From positions 124,001 to 188,000 of IMG/VR virus record IMGVR_UViG_3300044997_001199: 64,000 bases of DNA. One strand, given 5' to 3'. The notes beneath the pieces were generated by a model. That model searched no databases. It had not been told where the DNA came from and saw nothing but the letters and a program-made list of their open reading frames with translations. Position 1 is the stretch's first letter, and each line of letters begins with the position of its first letter. Positions 8,713-18,857 of this stretch are shown here, in pieces. Made by a program: the position numbers and the translations under genes.

Positions 8713-9018
8713 CTACTGGCTCCAGTGGGTTTCGCTGTTGGGATCGCAGCACAAGGGGGTGTTAACGCTCTGTGTGAACTCTGTGCCCGTGATCAGATTA
8801 CGCTTGGTCACATGCTGTTCTATAAAGAGATGATAGTACTGTGAGTACGCCAGTGCTATCCAAGACAAGAGGACAAGTTTCTGTGCAAGGCCGCCCGGCA
8901 CGTAGGGACTGTGACGAACATACCTGTTATGTGCTCTAGTGATCGCTGCCTGTGCCGCAGCCGAGGTCTTGCAGCCTTTTACGATCGCTGTCGATCTCTT
9001 GTCGTATACGTACCACAT
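8713..9018 (-). CDS. Hypothetical phage protein
   Basis: AAGGAG SD before MWYVYDK; C-terminal RNLITG.EF...NTP.CCDP.SET.WS. Confidence 0.7.
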   Translation of the reverse strand: MWYVYDKRSTAIVKGCKTSAAAQAAITRAHNRYVRHSPYVPGGLAQKLVLLSWIALAYSQYYHLFIEQHVTKRNLITGTEFTQSVNTPLCCDPNSETHWSQ

Positions 9019-9048
9019 GGTTCGCTCCTTGCTGTTTGCTGTACTACC

Positions 9049-9077
9049 AGTATATGCGGTGCTGAGTGTTGTGTCAA
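9049..9077 (-). promoter_or_regulatory. sigma70-type promoter TTGACA-17-TATACT
   Basis: Direct reading. Confidence 0.85.
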
Positions 9078-9104
9078 CTAAATATCGGTATACATAAGTA
9101 TCTA

Positions 9105-10286
9105 GTGGAAGTAAATTCATCTACATTTTGTGTTGCTCCATGGTTCCAGGCACGGCACGACAATACCAAACAATGGAGTTGTTGTGCCCTGATTGATTCC
9201 ACGAAAACCAACGGACCAACAAACGCGACCATGTCATGGCCTCAGTATTCGGCCTTGGAATACATGAACAGTGAGTACGTGACCTATGTCAGACAACAGC
9301 TCGGCCAAGGCAATCAATTGCCCGAATGCTCGGCCTGCTGGCGAGCAGAAAGCGCCGGTGAAATCAGTCTAAGGCAACGGTTAAACAATTTAATCACACA
9401 CGGAAAATGGGCTCTGAATCAACCCAACTGGGTTGATCTGTATCTTGGGTTCAAGCAGGACTGGAGTGTTGATTATTGGATCAGTGCAGACCTCAAACCC
9501 AGCAATATCTGTAATTTTGACTGTGTGATGTGCGATCCTGAGGACAGTACTACTGTGGCAAATTCCTGGAACGACCAACGATTGCATCCGGCCGTGATTG
9601 AAAGAACCAGTTCGACTTCTGCAATTGCAATCACTTCAAATTCCAAAGGGTCACGAACAGCATTGATACAAAATGCCATAGATTCTGGTGTGCGATGGTT
9701 GCAAATATTGGGCGGAGAACCATTGATTGACCGAGGTCTACTGAGATTTTTGTCTGCACAGGATTCTGCGATCAAAAAATCATTGCACCTGTTGTTTGTG
9801 ACCAACGGTAGTGTTGACCTTTCGACAGTTCGCGATCAACTGGGACCGTACAAAGGCATTACCTTTGTTGTGAGTCTCGAAGGCGTTGGTCAATGTCAAG
9901 ACTATGTTCGCAGACACAGTCACTGGCTCGACATCGAATCTAATATTTTAAAATATCAAGAGCGGTACAACAATCAAGGACTGTCGATCGCCCATACCCT
10001 ACAGTGTCTCACTGTGTGCCGTGTCGATGAACTGTTTGTCTGGGCGAGATCTCACGATATTTCTGTTGGTGTTTCTGAATTGGTACAACCCGAATTTTTA
10101 TCACTGGCGGTGTTGCCCGAGTCATTGAGAGAAAAAGCTCAACTGGCGCTGGGGAACCGCGCGGGATTTTTACGACAGATAGATTATCGTCCTCATTTGT
10201 TACCACAACTCAAACAATGGATGGATTTTTATGACCCCGATCAGACCTGGCGCGAAATACTGCCTGAATGGTCTCCGTTCCTCTAG
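9105..10286 (+). CDS. Radical SAM protein with N-terminal twitch/SPASM-like Cys cluster
   Basis: CNFDCVMC (CxxxCxxC); LGGEPL; TNGS; S-EGVG; N-terminal FCVAPW...CC...CSACW. Confidence 0.9.
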   Translation: MEVNSSTFCVAPWFQARHDNTKQWSCCALIDSTKTNGPTNATMSWPQYSALEYMNSEYVTYVRQQLGQGNQLPECSACWRAESAGEISLRQRLNNLITHGKWALNQPNWVDLYLGFKQDWSVDYWISADLKPSNICNFDCVMCDPEDSTTVANSWNDQRLHPAVIERTSSTSAIAITSNSKGSRTALIQNAIDSGVRWLQILGGEPLIDRGLLRFLSAQDSAIKKSLHLLFVTNGSVDLSTVRDQLGPYKGITFVVSLEGVGQCQDYVRRHSHWLDIESNILKYQERYNNQGLSIAHTLQCLTVCRVDELFVWARSHDISVGVSELVQPEFLSLAVLPESLREKAQLALGNRAGFLRQIDYRPHLLPQLKQWMDFYDPDQTWREILPEWSPFL

Positions 10287-10870
10287 TCTCGCTGTGAAAT
10301 GATTTTATCTGCCAGACCATAGTCAACACTTTGATCTGCTGTCATAAAATTGTCTCGGTCCATGTCATGCTCCAGCACTGTGTATTCTTTCTTGGTATGT
10401 TTGACATAGATCTTAGTCAGCACTTCTTTCCAGCGTTGTAACTCACGATACTGGATTTCTACATCCGTGGCTTGACCCGACGCACCGCCCAACGGTTGAT
10501 GGATCATGTGGCGAGCATTGGGCAGGATGTATCTGTGTCCGGGCTCACCGGCCGCGGCCAACAGAGATCCCATGGACGCTGCCTGGCCCATCACGATGGT
10601 ATGCACTGCAGGTTTGATGAACTGCATGGTGTCGTAGATAGCCATGCCTGCTGTGACTGAACCTCCGGGAGAGTTGATATAAAATGAAATGGCCTTGTCA
10701 GGATTTTCACTTTCCAAAAACAGCAGTTGTGCAGTGACCAGACTGCTGCTGTGGCTATTGACTTCGCCATCCAGGATGATGATACGATCTCTCAGCAGCC
10801 GACTGTAGATATCATAACTGCGTTCACCTTTGCTGGTATTTTCTAAAACCATGGGCACCAGATTGGGCAT
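10283..10870 (-). CDS. clpP: ATP-dependent Clp protease proteolytic subunit
   Basis: [13 protein letters not shown]; YINSPGG; QAASMGS (catalytic Ser); MIHQP (His); DRDNFM (Asp). Confidence 0.98.
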   Translation of the reverse strand: MPNLVPMVLENTSKGERSYDIYSRLLRDRIIILDGEVNSHSSSLVTAQLLFLESENPDKAISFYINSPGGSVTAGMAIYDTMQFIKPAVHTIVMGQAASMGSLLAAAGEPGHRYILPNARHMIHQPLGGASGQATDVEIQYRELQRWKEVLTKIYVKHTKKEYTVLEHDMDRDNFMTADQSVDYGLADKIISQRD

Positions 10871-10926
10871 AAGGTCTCCGTGTTGAGTAGTTACCATAAG
10901 TATACAATACAGACTTTGAAAACACA

Positions 10927-12468
10927 ATGAGAGATTTGATCAATATCATAGAAAGCGTGGGTCTTGCAAATCGTCGTCCGGGAGATCGCTGGCAGAACTC
11001 ACAGGGCAACGAACTGATTTTTGTGGACTTGGTTTTCCATCCACGTGTGGCTGCATTCAAGAGTCCTCAAGACCTCAACGCTGCCATCGAGGCCGCAGCT
11101 CAATCCAATGGTATCGCTCCCACCGACATAGTTTGGAGCAACACGCCGGGATCAAACCTGGCGTTTGCCCTGGCACATTTTGTAGATTCCAGCAATCAAG
11201 ATTATTACATCGGCAGATACTTCCGCCAGATCAGCCCCAATGCCACAGAAAATCGTTTTCCCAATGATTTGCCTGGTGGGTATCGTTTGCAAAAGAGCTC
11301 GGCGGTCAAGGAACGTACAGGATACAAGCCCACAGATATCTTGACACAGTTGGACGACCTATCTCCGCAGGACATACTTGATCAGGTACGACAAAAATTT
11401 GGTGACCGCAGTGTCGAAGTCCAGATCATGGAAACATTTATGTCTGCAGATCGATTTCCCATCGTAGTTCCCGGTCAGGGTGTCAATTTTGCGGCCTTTA
11501 CCAACTATTTCTGCGAATTGCTACAGCCCATGGCTTTGGTCATGGGCAAGCCGGTGCAGGGAAATGCCGGCGACGCCGAAACCAAATTCCTTACACGGGG
11601 TGGGTATGGTGATTGCACCATTGGTTTTTCAGCCGGACAAACCTCTGGGTTGGTTGACAGCGTACTGACCAACTCATCCGGACAAAGCATCGGCATCAGC
11701 AGCAAAGCCAAAAGTGGAGCCAAAGCATCGGCGGTCAATCTTCAAAACAAAGTCGCCGAGATGACCAGAGATGCTGCCGGGCAGAAAATATTGGATCAAT
11801 ACCCCGACGCAGTGACCACAATACAAACCATTGCTCGCGACGGCTATATCAATGCACCCCTGAACCTTGCTGTGTTATTTGATATCATCACGGCGCAGGA
11901 AAAACAGCAGATCCTGTCTCTCCGCGGCCAATCGCCCGGGCAAGGTCTCGATCAGCTCACGCCAACGCTGAAAAAAATCTATCAGAGCAGGATCAGTGCC
12001 GACAGCAATCGCCGGGTACCGTTCTATCACATGCTGGCTGCCGTGGCACATCAAGTGGCCGACCATGTTAACCAACGCACTGACTTTGGTCCAGCGGCTT
12101 CGGCAATATTGAATCACGGAGCCTTTGTGCAGATCTATACCCGGGCGCAGCAACAGGGTGACAACATTGTTTTGAATGAATTCGAAGTACAGTATCCCAG
12201 CACTGCGATCACTCAGGTACTGCTACGTGCCGACAAAACCTACTACAGCACTGGTAACAAAGGTAATTTTACGTTCCAGATTTTGAAAAACGGCGCCCAA
12301 CCTTCAGGCACAGAAACAGATACGTCGGCAGTGGATACCAAACCCGACGTGGATCTTGATCTGATCGATCAAGCACCGCGTCTGACCGGCCCGGGCGCTC
12401 GTGCGGCGCGAACCCAGGCCGCACCGCGCATGACCTCTGCAGTGCTAGGGCGCGAGCGTCGGCGGTGA
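10927..12468 (+). CDS. Large hypothetical protein, probable virion/internal protein
   Basis: 513-aa ORF; [10 protein letters not shown] leader; TAAGTA late-type box upstream. Confidence 0.7.
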   Translation: MRDLINIIESVGLANRRPGDRWQNSQGNELIFVDLVFHPRVAAFKSPQDLNAAIEAAAQSNGIAPTDIVWSNTPGSNLAFALAHFVDSSNQDYYIGRYFRQISPNATENRFPNDLPGGYRLQKSSAVKERTGYKPTDILTQLDDLSPQDILDQVRQKFGDRSVEVQIMETFMSADRFPIVVPGQGVNFAAFTNYFCELLQPMALVMGKPVQGNAGDAETKFLTRGGYGDCTIGFSAGQTSGLVDSVLTNSSGQSIGISSKAKSGAKASAVNLQNKVAEMTRDAAGQKILDQYPDAVTTIQTIARDGYINAPLNLAVLFDIITAQEKQQILSLRGQSPGQGLDQLTPTLKKIYQSRISADSNRRVPFYHMLAAVAHQVADHVNQRTDFGPAASAILNHGAFVQIYTRAQQQGDNIVLNEFEVQYPSTAITQVLLRADKTYYSTGNKGNFTFQILKNGAQPSGTETDTSAVDTKPDVDLDLIDQAPRLTGPGARAARTQAAPRMTSAVLGRERRR

Positions 12469-13584
12469 CCCGCAATTTTTTCTGGGTATCACAGAAACAT
12501 CGACGCGATCCAACCGATCCAACTGATCAGCGGTAAATTTCTGCCGCACCCGGATATTGAGCTTGGACCGGGCCCACCCCTGTACTGTGATCAGGCCGGG
12601 GTTGGAAATTTCTACCAGACCGCCTGCATAACGATCTAAGGAACCCGCGGCCACGGGATTCAATTGAGCACTGGCATAGCAGCCGTCATGCACCGTGGTA
12701 CCGCTGGCATCTTTGAGCTGAATCCGGATCACAGGAAGCGTGTCTAATAGATGCTGTTTAATCAAATACCATCGTGATTGGTCTCGATAGATCCCTTCGA
12801 CGATGTTGCGATTGCGATAGTCATGTGTGACTCTGGCATAGAACGTGTTGTCGCTGCAGGACACCGAATAATGTGCACACGAGTCTCGTACACCGATCTG
12901 CGAAGTCTGTGCAAAGGCTTCACCGAGACTGCTGAGATATTGCCGATGCCAGACCACATCGAATTCTACCCACATGGTCGGTTGTCGCTGATTGTCCAGC
13001 CAGAACGATGCTCGAGTGTTCTGGATGTCAAACGCGCGTTTGGGAAAATTACGCAGCACTGATTCCAACAGAGCATCACCACTGCGCTGTTCCTCCTGCA
13101 ACGAGCGCAGACTCTGGGCGATCTGTTGACCGTCGATAGTACCGCCGTTGCGACTGTCGCCGAACAGGCCATCGGCCAAGGTGCTGCGCTGTACCCAGAC
13201 TTGATATCGTATGATCACTTGTCCATTGTCCTGGGTCTCGCGGGCGAGTTCGCGGAATCGGCTCACGTATCCGCTGCTGTAATTGACCACAATGTTCCTG
13301 GCCACCTCGCGATTGATCACTTCGCTCTGACTCAGGACCAGACTGCCAATGGCTTCGTTCACTGCCAGTTTGAAGGCCTGGTCTCGAGCCTCGGATTCAG
13401 ACCACCCCGAACCTTGCACCGTGACTTCGTACACCGGGTCTTTGCGATTCTGTTCGTAGATCCAGCGTCCCACGGTGAGTACCACCGTGGCCGGACCGGG
13501 AAAGAACATTTTAAGTAGATCCGATGCCTGAGCAGCGCCAGAGGCCAGGACGAATGCCGCAACGACGAGCCAGCGCATGATCAA
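12445..13584 (-). CDS. Exported protein, LPP20/FlgT N-terminal-like domain
   Basis: Signal peptide; V.V.G.G...EARDQAFK.AV.EAIGS.V.S motif. Confidence 0.6.
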   Translation of the reverse strand: MIMRWLVVAAFVLASGAAQASDLLKMFFPGPATVVLTVGRWIYEQNRKDPVYEVTVQGSGWSESEARDQAFKLAVNEAIGSLVLSQSEVINREVARNIVVNYSSGYVSRFRELARETQDNGQVIIRYQVWVQRSTLADGLFGDSRNGGTIDGQQIAQSLRSLQEEQRSGDALLESVLRNFPKRAFDIQNTRASFWLDNQRQPTMWVEFDVVWHRQYLSSLGEAFAQTSQIGVRDSCAHYSVSCSDNTFYARVTHDYRNRNIVEGIYRDQSRWYLIKQHLLDTLPVIRIQLKDASGTTVHDGCYASAQLNPVAAGSLDRYAGGLVEISNPGLITVQGWARSKLNIRVRQKFTADQLDRLDRVDVSVIPRKNCGSPPTLAP

Positions 13585-14243
13585 CGCATCTGCCGACGCA
13601 GGAGTTCACTGATGTCTTGGTCTTTCTGGCTCCACCGGTACACCGCGACATACTGCGCACCGTTTTGACGCACGTCGTCACTGATCTTGCGCACACCGGT
13701 CAGATGACCACGCGCAGTGATAGAAGTCACGGTGTTGACCAAGGTGTTTTCCACACGGTCGGCGATGCGGCGACTGGTGTTGCTCTGCCCATTGTCTTCG
13801 GTAGATCCGCCGGCAGCAGGAACATCCTGTTCGACATCCCGGGCATTGAATGCCAGTGTGCCCTCGGTGTTGTTGAATCGGTTCAGTGTGTTGTCACGTG
13901 CTCGATCCAGCGTACGAGCAATCACTCGAATACGACGTTCAGTGGTCACTGACTGGCCATGCACAAACTTGACCAACTTGTCCATGGCATCGGCTTCGGC
14001 CAAAACTGTGTGATTGCCTTTCCAAGTGGGCGCAGTGCCTGTGACTTCGATGCGATCCAGAGATCCTAACAGGTTGTAATGGATACTAATGCCTTCGTCG
14101 CGGAAATCAGTACTGATACGAGTGTCAGTCACTGCGGTTTCGGCCGTGGCCGGAGGTGTCAGGCCACGGGTTTCTTTGGTAGAACTACAGGCGGAAACCG
14201 CAGCCAAGGCAGCGACAGCCAGAGCCAAACGAGTGTGATTCAT
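13581..14243 (-). CDS. Lipoprotein (LPP20-like)
   Basis: Lipobox LAAVSAC; AEADAMDKLVKFVHG..V. Confidence 0.7.
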   Translation of the reverse strand: MNHTRLALAVAALAAVSACSSTKETRGLTPPATAETAVTDTRISTDFRDEGISIHYNLLGSLDRIEVTGTAPTWKGNHTVLAEADAMDKLVKFVHGQSVTTERRIRVIARTLDRARDNTLNRFNNTEGTLAFNARDVEQDVPAAGGSTEDNGQSNTSRRIADRVENTLVNTVTSITARGHLTGVRKISDDVRQNGAQYVAVYRWSQKDQDISELLRRQMR

Positions 14244-14283
14244 GGTGATCTCCACAGTGGGGTTAAAAAAATTCTGTTTGTGT

Positions 14284-14312
14284 ATAGTACACAAACAGGA
14301 TCCGGCTGTCAA
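14284..14312 (-). promoter_or_regulatory. sigma70-type promoter TTGACA-17-TACTAT
   Basis: Direct reading. Confidence 0.8.
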
Positions 14313-14318
14313 CCTTGG

Positions 14319-14540
14319 TCAGACTGCCACGGCCTGTTTGATGGCCGAGCCAAACGCACGAGCTGCTGTGATCTGTGCGCGGATCAGCTCACATCCTGCG
14401 GCATTGATGTTTTCGGCTGCGGTGCGTACACGTTCGTCGGTGATAAGACCAGCAAAGGTCTTGTTGTTTTTTTCCACAGCATCGATCACTGTGTTGACAT
14501 CAAACATCTTGGTAATATCAAACTTGGTATAATCAACCAT
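14319..14540 (-). CDS. Small amphipathic helical protein, phasin-like
   Basis: 73 aa, Ala-rich helical; strong SD; phasin resemblance is inference. Confidence 0.55.
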   Translation of the reverse strand: MVDYTKFDITKMFDVNTVIDAVEKNNKTFAGLITDERVRTAAENINAAGCELIRAQITAARAFGSAIKQAVAV

Positions 14541-14626
14541 TTCAGTCTCCTTAAAATTAAGCGAGGTTCACTACAACGAGACCTGCCCCATGCAGCATCT
14601 CATGCTGTCAGTGTAACAGTATTTAT
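14541..14626 (-). promoter_or_regulatory. Conserved leader copy A: late promoter + bulged-G hairpin + ROSE-like anti-SD
   Basis: ATAAATA..GAGAT-G-CTGC atggg GCAG-GTCTC..CTCGCTTAA tttt AAGGAG..ATG. Confidence 0.75.
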
Positions 14627-14648
14627 TGTGCAATGCAACAAATTAGAT

Positions 14649-15434
14649 TTATTTTGGAGAAATCAAATCTGCGGACTGTGTCCAAGTCACGATTTCCCAA
14701 CGACCGTCCCAGTGTTCTACCAAGGCAGTCATTGACTCAACCCAGTCGCCGTCGTTCATGTAGATTACACCATCAATTTCTTTGATTTCTGCGTTGTGTA
14801 TGTGCCCACAGATCACGCCGTCAAACCCTCGCTTTTTACAGTAGCCGGCAAGATTCTTTTCAAACTGAAAAATAAAATCTATAGATTTTTTAACTCGTGT
14901 TTTGAGATATTTGCTTAAACTCCAGTAACCCAGTCCTAGTCTGCGTCTAAGAGCATTGAATCTACTGTTTAAGTCTAGCACAAAATCATACATCTTGTCA
15001 CCTAAAAAGGACAACCACGGGGCTAAACGAGTGATTCCGTCAAAAAGATCTCCATGAGTGACCAGATAATGTTTTCCGTCTAAACCAATGTGCTCGGTCT
15101 GATTGAAAACTTCAATCATACCAAAACCAATACCGTATGGAATCAATGGGCGAAGAAACTCATCGTGATTGCCTGCTACATACACAACGCGGGTTCCACG
15201 CTTGGCATGTCCCATTATACGTCTTACAACATTGGTATGGCTTTGTTTCCAGCGCCACTTGTTTTGTTGAATTTTCCACGCATCAATGATGTCACCAACA
15301 AGATAAAGTGTTTCACAGGTATTATGTTTGAGAAAATTATTTAACTGCTCTGCTCTGCAGTCGCGGGTTCCAAGATGTACATCACTGATGAATATGGCGC
15401 GATAGGTGGTCACTAGGTATTTAACCCGGCGCAT
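14649..15434 (-). CDS. LpxH/YbbF-like metallophosphoesterase (UDP-2,3-diacylglucosamine hydrolase family)
   Basis: ISDVHLG; LVGDIID; AGNHDEFL; THGD; CGHIH; NDGDWVES. Confidence 0.88.
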   Translation of the reverse strand: MRRVKYLVTTYRAIFISDVHLGTRDCRAEQLNNFLKHNTCETLYLVGDIIDAWKIQQNKWRWKQSHTNVVRRIMGHAKRGTRVVYVAGNHDEFLRPLIPYGIGFGMIEVFNQTEHIGLDGKHYLVTHGDLFDGITRLAPWLSFLGDKMYDFVLDLNSRFNALRRRLGLGYWSLSKYLKTRVKKSIDFIFQFEKNLAGYCKKRGFDGVICGHIHNAEIKEIDGVIYMNDGDWVESMTALVEHWDGRWEIVTWTQSADLISPK

Positions 15435-15445
15435 TGTCCTGTTCT

Positions 15446-16216
15446 CTATGCACAATAACGTTCCAACGCAGCGTCGGTCTTGGTCATGTCTGCGCAGGTC
15501 CAGGTCTGGTAACTGTGTTTGAGATGCGGTGGCATGGGTATTTCTTTCACTGGAACACCAAAACTGTTGGCCACTTGACGGAAACTCAGCGTGGTACCGG
15601 TGCCAATGTTGAAAATACCACTTTCTGGTACGGCAAAAAATCGTTGATGACAGCGAACCACTTCTTCCACAGGCACAAAATCGCGCTGATAGGCATGGCT
15701 ATTTTCAAACACCGTGACCTCGCCGTGTTGCTCTGCCTGCAGGCGGAACTGTGTGAACGGACTGGCCTGCGACCCTTTGTGCTCTTCGCCGGACCCATAC
15801 ACATTGAAATATCGGAATCCTTGTACATGGATGTTGGGTGCAGGATCGCATTCGATGTGCCGCTCCACGATGTATTTGGTCCATGCATAGGGAGTGCGTG
15901 GATCGGGCGGAGCAGTTTCTGAAAAATTGGTCCCCGGTCCATACACACTGGCCGATGATGCCCATTGGAGATTTACACCATGCTTGCGACACTGATTGTA
16001 TAACCACAGTGTGAAATCCACATTCTGTCGCATGATCTGTTCCACATCAGCAAAGGTAGTGCTGGAAATGGCACCCACATGTATGACCCAATCCAGACCG
16101 GCCACTGTGGGCAAGGGTTCTCCCCATTCAAAGGTCGACACGTCGTGGCTCGAGCTCAATGCAGCGACAAGATGCGAGCCTATGAATCCTCGATGACCGG
16201 TAACCAAGATTTTCAC
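15446..16216 (-). CDS. NAD-dependent epimerase, HldD/RfaD (ADP-heptose 6-epimerase)-like
   Basis: TGHRGFIGS; HVGAISST; ASSASVYG; YAWTK; RYFNVYG..EEHKG.QAS; RDFV. Confidence 0.85.
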   Translation of the reverse strand: MKILVTGHRGFIGSHLVAALSSSHDVSTFEWGEPLPTVAGLDWVIHVGAISSTTFADVEQIMRQNVDFTLWLYNQCRKHGVNLQWASSASVYGPGTNFSETAPPDPRTPYAWTKYIVERHIECDPAPNIHVQGFRYFNVYGSGEEHKGSQASPFTQFRLQAEQHGEVTVFENSHAYQRDFVPVEEVVRCHQRFFAVPESGIFNIGTGTTLSFRQVANSFGVPVKEIPMPPHLKHSYQTWTCADMTKTDAALERYCA

Positions 16217-17244
16217 GATGTCACTGCCTCCCGTAAGTTAGACACAAAACCATCACGTGCGAGATTTTTGCCCTTGGCTTCGCACTGGATGTCGAATTCA
16301 TCGCTGAACGTGCCGGCCCAGGCATTCACGGCGTGATTCCAATAGAAATCTGAATGAGCTCGGAGTTTCTGCTTGTGGAATCCTCGCTCCAGCAGCCCGG
16401 CAAGATCAGGGCGGGTGTGGATATCATGCCCCACCAATAGGTCTTCTCGACTAACGCTATAGTGAACTACAGGGCGAACACCACGCCAAGACTCAATGAC
16501 GTGCTGCGTCCTAGGGTCTTTGGGCTCAATATATTCGCCGGTGCGCACCCAATGGTGATGAATGTCCAACACAAGGGCCACATGATCAGCCACAAGCAAA
16601 GTAAGGTCCAGACCATTTGAAATTTCGTCGTTCTCAATGGTGATTAGATTCCGGGCCTCGGGGCTGAGACGCCCCAGAGTACGAAGGAATTTGTCAGGCC
16701 CACCTTTGCCCGACAAATGCACATTGATCTTGAATCCTGAATCATGCCACGCGGCACCATAACCCATCCAGCGCGCCATGTCTGCATGATATTCAAATTC
16801 ATCAATGCTTCTATTTACAATATCGTCGTTCTCTGATGCAAGAACACAGAACTGTCCAGGATGGAAACTCAGTCTCACGCCCAGTTCACGCGCACGGTCG
16901 CCAATGGGTTGGAATATGGTCTCAAGGTGGTGCTGAATGTCGGCCTGCTGCCACCAGTCCTGCCAGGACGCCTCGGTGTAGCCCTGCAACATTTCAGACC
17001 CAAGACGCACCATGCGGAATTCTGGCTGCAGTGAGCCCACACATTCTACCATGCGCAGAGCTGCTGCGGCATTGTGATTCATGATGTCCCACTGGCGTTG
17101 CTCGGCTAGATCTGCATGCTCGCGCAGCCAACGCATGGTAGTGGAGCGACCATTGAGTTCACGATTGGCGGCATTGACCTTCATGCCGCCACATTCAGCA
17201 GGATCTTCCAACCACTTGCAACAAAACCCAAAACGTCCTGTCAT
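16213..17244 (-). CDS. uvsE: UV damage endonuclease
   Basis: GFCCK; RLSFHPGQF.VLAS; INVH; LITIENDE; VLDIHHHW; P.VHYS; AHSD; CEAKGK. Confidence 0.93.
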   Translation of the reverse strand: MTGRFGFCCKWLEDPAECGGMKVNAANRELNGRSTTMRWLREHADLAEQRQWDIMNHNAAAALRMVECVGSLQPEFRMVRLGSEMLQGYTEASWQDWWQQADIQHHLETIFQPIGDRARELGVRLSFHPGQFCVLASENDDIVNRSIDEFEYHADMARWMGYGAAWHDSGFKINVHLSGKGGPDKFLRTLGRLSPEARNLITIENDEISNGLDLTLLVADHVALVLDIHHHWVRTGEYIEPKDPRTQHVIESWRGVRPVVHYSVSREDLLVGHDIHTRPDLAGLLERGFHKQKLRAHSDFYWNHAVNAWAGTFSDEFDIQCEAKGKNLARDGFVSNLREAVTS

Positions 17245-17489
17245 TGACTACCCCATCGAAGTTGAAACCATACCGCATGTTCCTGTTCGCAAAACCAAAC
17301 CAATTTTTTCATAGAACCATCTACCAAGTCAAACGTTTCAACATAGGGTATGTTGTTGTTGAACAGCCAAACAAAGGCCGGTACGGAAATGCCGGTTATT
17401 TCCACACTGTGGCGATAGTCATCTGCATTATATATGCACTGTAGTTGGCGTCTATGCTTCACGCGGCACTGTCTTTGGTCAGAGCACAC
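17241..17489 (-). CDS. Small hypothetical protein (start uncertain)
   Basis: C-terminal ...F-EQEHAVWFQLRW motif typical of small phage proteins; stop overlaps uvsE start. Confidence 0.5.
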   Translation of the reverse strand: MCSDQRQCRVKHRRQLQCIYNADDYRHSVEITGISVPAFVWLFNNNIPYVETFDLVDGSMKKLVWFCEQEHAVWFQLRWGSQ

Positions 17490-17920
17490 ACGGTTTGAGA
17501 ATGTTCCTATGCCAAGCGTACTGACTCGTGTTGCATGAGTTTATTGGCTTCCTGTCGCATGGCCTGCACCCCAGATTCAGCAATGTCACGGATGCTAGCA
17601 CGAGGCAACGTGCGAACACGGTCTCCCATACCTCAATGAGATTGAGCCGGACGTTGAGTTCAGACTGCGGCATCTCACGACCATCGGGCGGCTTCACTGC
17701 GCCGGCCTCTGCCAGAGCCTGGCAGATAGCATCTTCGGCCACACGGCCAGCAGCAATCATGGCAGCATAGTTTGGATCAATACAGTGCCTGCGACTCTGC
17801 CCCACCCGGGTAGCACATGACCAGGTGTGTGCCTTGGGGAAATGAGTCAAGCAGTTCTTGGTCATATTCATTGACAGGTACATATCTGCGTCCTCTCTTG
17901 CGATAAAACGTTTCTTTCAT
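17459..17920 (-). pseudogene. Conserved phage gene with two frameshifts and a nonsense codon
   Basis: MKETFY...CYPGG | QSRRHCIDPNYAAMIAAGRVAEDAI...EVW | DRVRTLPRASIRDIAESGVQAMRQEANKLMQHESVRLA*EHSQTVCALTKD across three frames. Confidence 0.7.
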
Positions 17921-18615
17921 GCTAGATCTCGCAACAGTTGCCAGGTGTGGCGCCAGTCTCTGACAGCATAACACTGGCCGCGTGCCTGGTCAACGATGGC
18001 GTCAGCCAAGGGTCGATCGTTGCCCATGGCATCTATGCGATCGCCAAAAAACGCTACGTCGTCGGAGATCCAGCGCAAGACCTGTGACTTGTCGGTTCCG
18101 CGGCGGAAGATGTCGATAGAGATTTCGCCGCCCACCACGGCGTGTACGTCGGGCCAGCCGCGATTGATTTCCTGTGCAATGACAGCACGCTCACCGTGCA
18201 ATTGATCCCAACGATAGTAGTGGTCTCGATCCCAGGCCGTGGCACGACGTCCTACCACGCTGAAATTCAGCATGCCTGTGCGCTGTTCAAAGTGTAGGCC
18301 AGTACGGTGTCGATAGCCGCTGACACGTAAACGATTTTCTAGCCACGACCTGAGATCTCGGGGACACTGCCATTCGCTCTGGTGCACCAGTTGTCCCGCA
18401 CGATACACTGCATTGCCCGAACAGTTGAAACTGGTGTCCACGGTGTTCATGACCGCCTGGCCCAGCTGTTCCAGGGTCTTGCTATAGTCGCTGCCAGTGA
18501 CCAGACTCACGGTGTGTGCTCGACAAAACTCTCGAAACCAACCGCCAAATGCAGTGTCAATCACACCACGGCTGGGAGTAAGTGTGCCGTCAACATCAAA
18601 TAGATAGTGTGTCAT
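17917..18615 (-). CDS. Eukaryote-type phosphomannomutase (HAD IIB)
   Basis: LFDVDGTLTPSR; VTGSD; EQRTGMLNFSVVGR; GGEISIDIF; FFGD....GND. Confidence 0.88.
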   Translation of the reverse strand: MTHYLFDVDGTLTPSRGVIDTAFGGWFREFCRAHTVSLVTGSDYSKTLEQLGQAVMNTVDTSFNCSGNAVYRAGQLVHQSEWQCPRDLRSWLENRLRVSGYRHRTGLHFEQRTGMLNFSVVGRRATAWDRDHYYRWDQLHGERAVIAQEINRGWPDVHAVVGGEISIDIFRRGTDKSQVLRWISDDVAFFGDRIDAMGNDRPLADAIVDQARGQCYAVRDWRHTWQLLRDLA

Positions 18616-18638
18616 TGGTATCATTAATTCTTAGATAA

Positions 18639-18776
18639 CAATCTTTTTCCCTTTTATTTTACAGCGAAAAAACATTCAGGTCAATGGTTTGTTTTCAACC
18701 ATTTGTAATCTATGGTCAACAAAATGCCAACCGTCACTTGAAAGAAATAGGTTACAAGACTTACAACGATATATGA
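18639..18776 (+). pseudogene. Remnant of a GT10-like (SEKT/TEK motif) gene
   Basis: LFYSEKTFRSMVCFQPFVIYGQQNANRHLKEIGYKTY* aligns by eye with HLTEKTLRPIACGKPFLLAATPYSLRYLRSYGFLTF in 22226..23557. Confidence 0.65.
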
Positions 18777-18857
18777 ATTACAAACAGAACTGATTAAAGA
18801 TCTAAAAGAAAAACCAAAACAAAACAATCAGAGCCCGATATTAGGATTCGAATATTT

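Noticed and set aside
17480-17530. TAG stop-codon reassignment, suggested by in-frame TAGs in several stumps
   Set aside because: Intact genes (sod, clpP, radical SAM) end in TAG at the expected C-terminus, long ORFs tile the window under the standard code, and no suppressor tRNA is seen.
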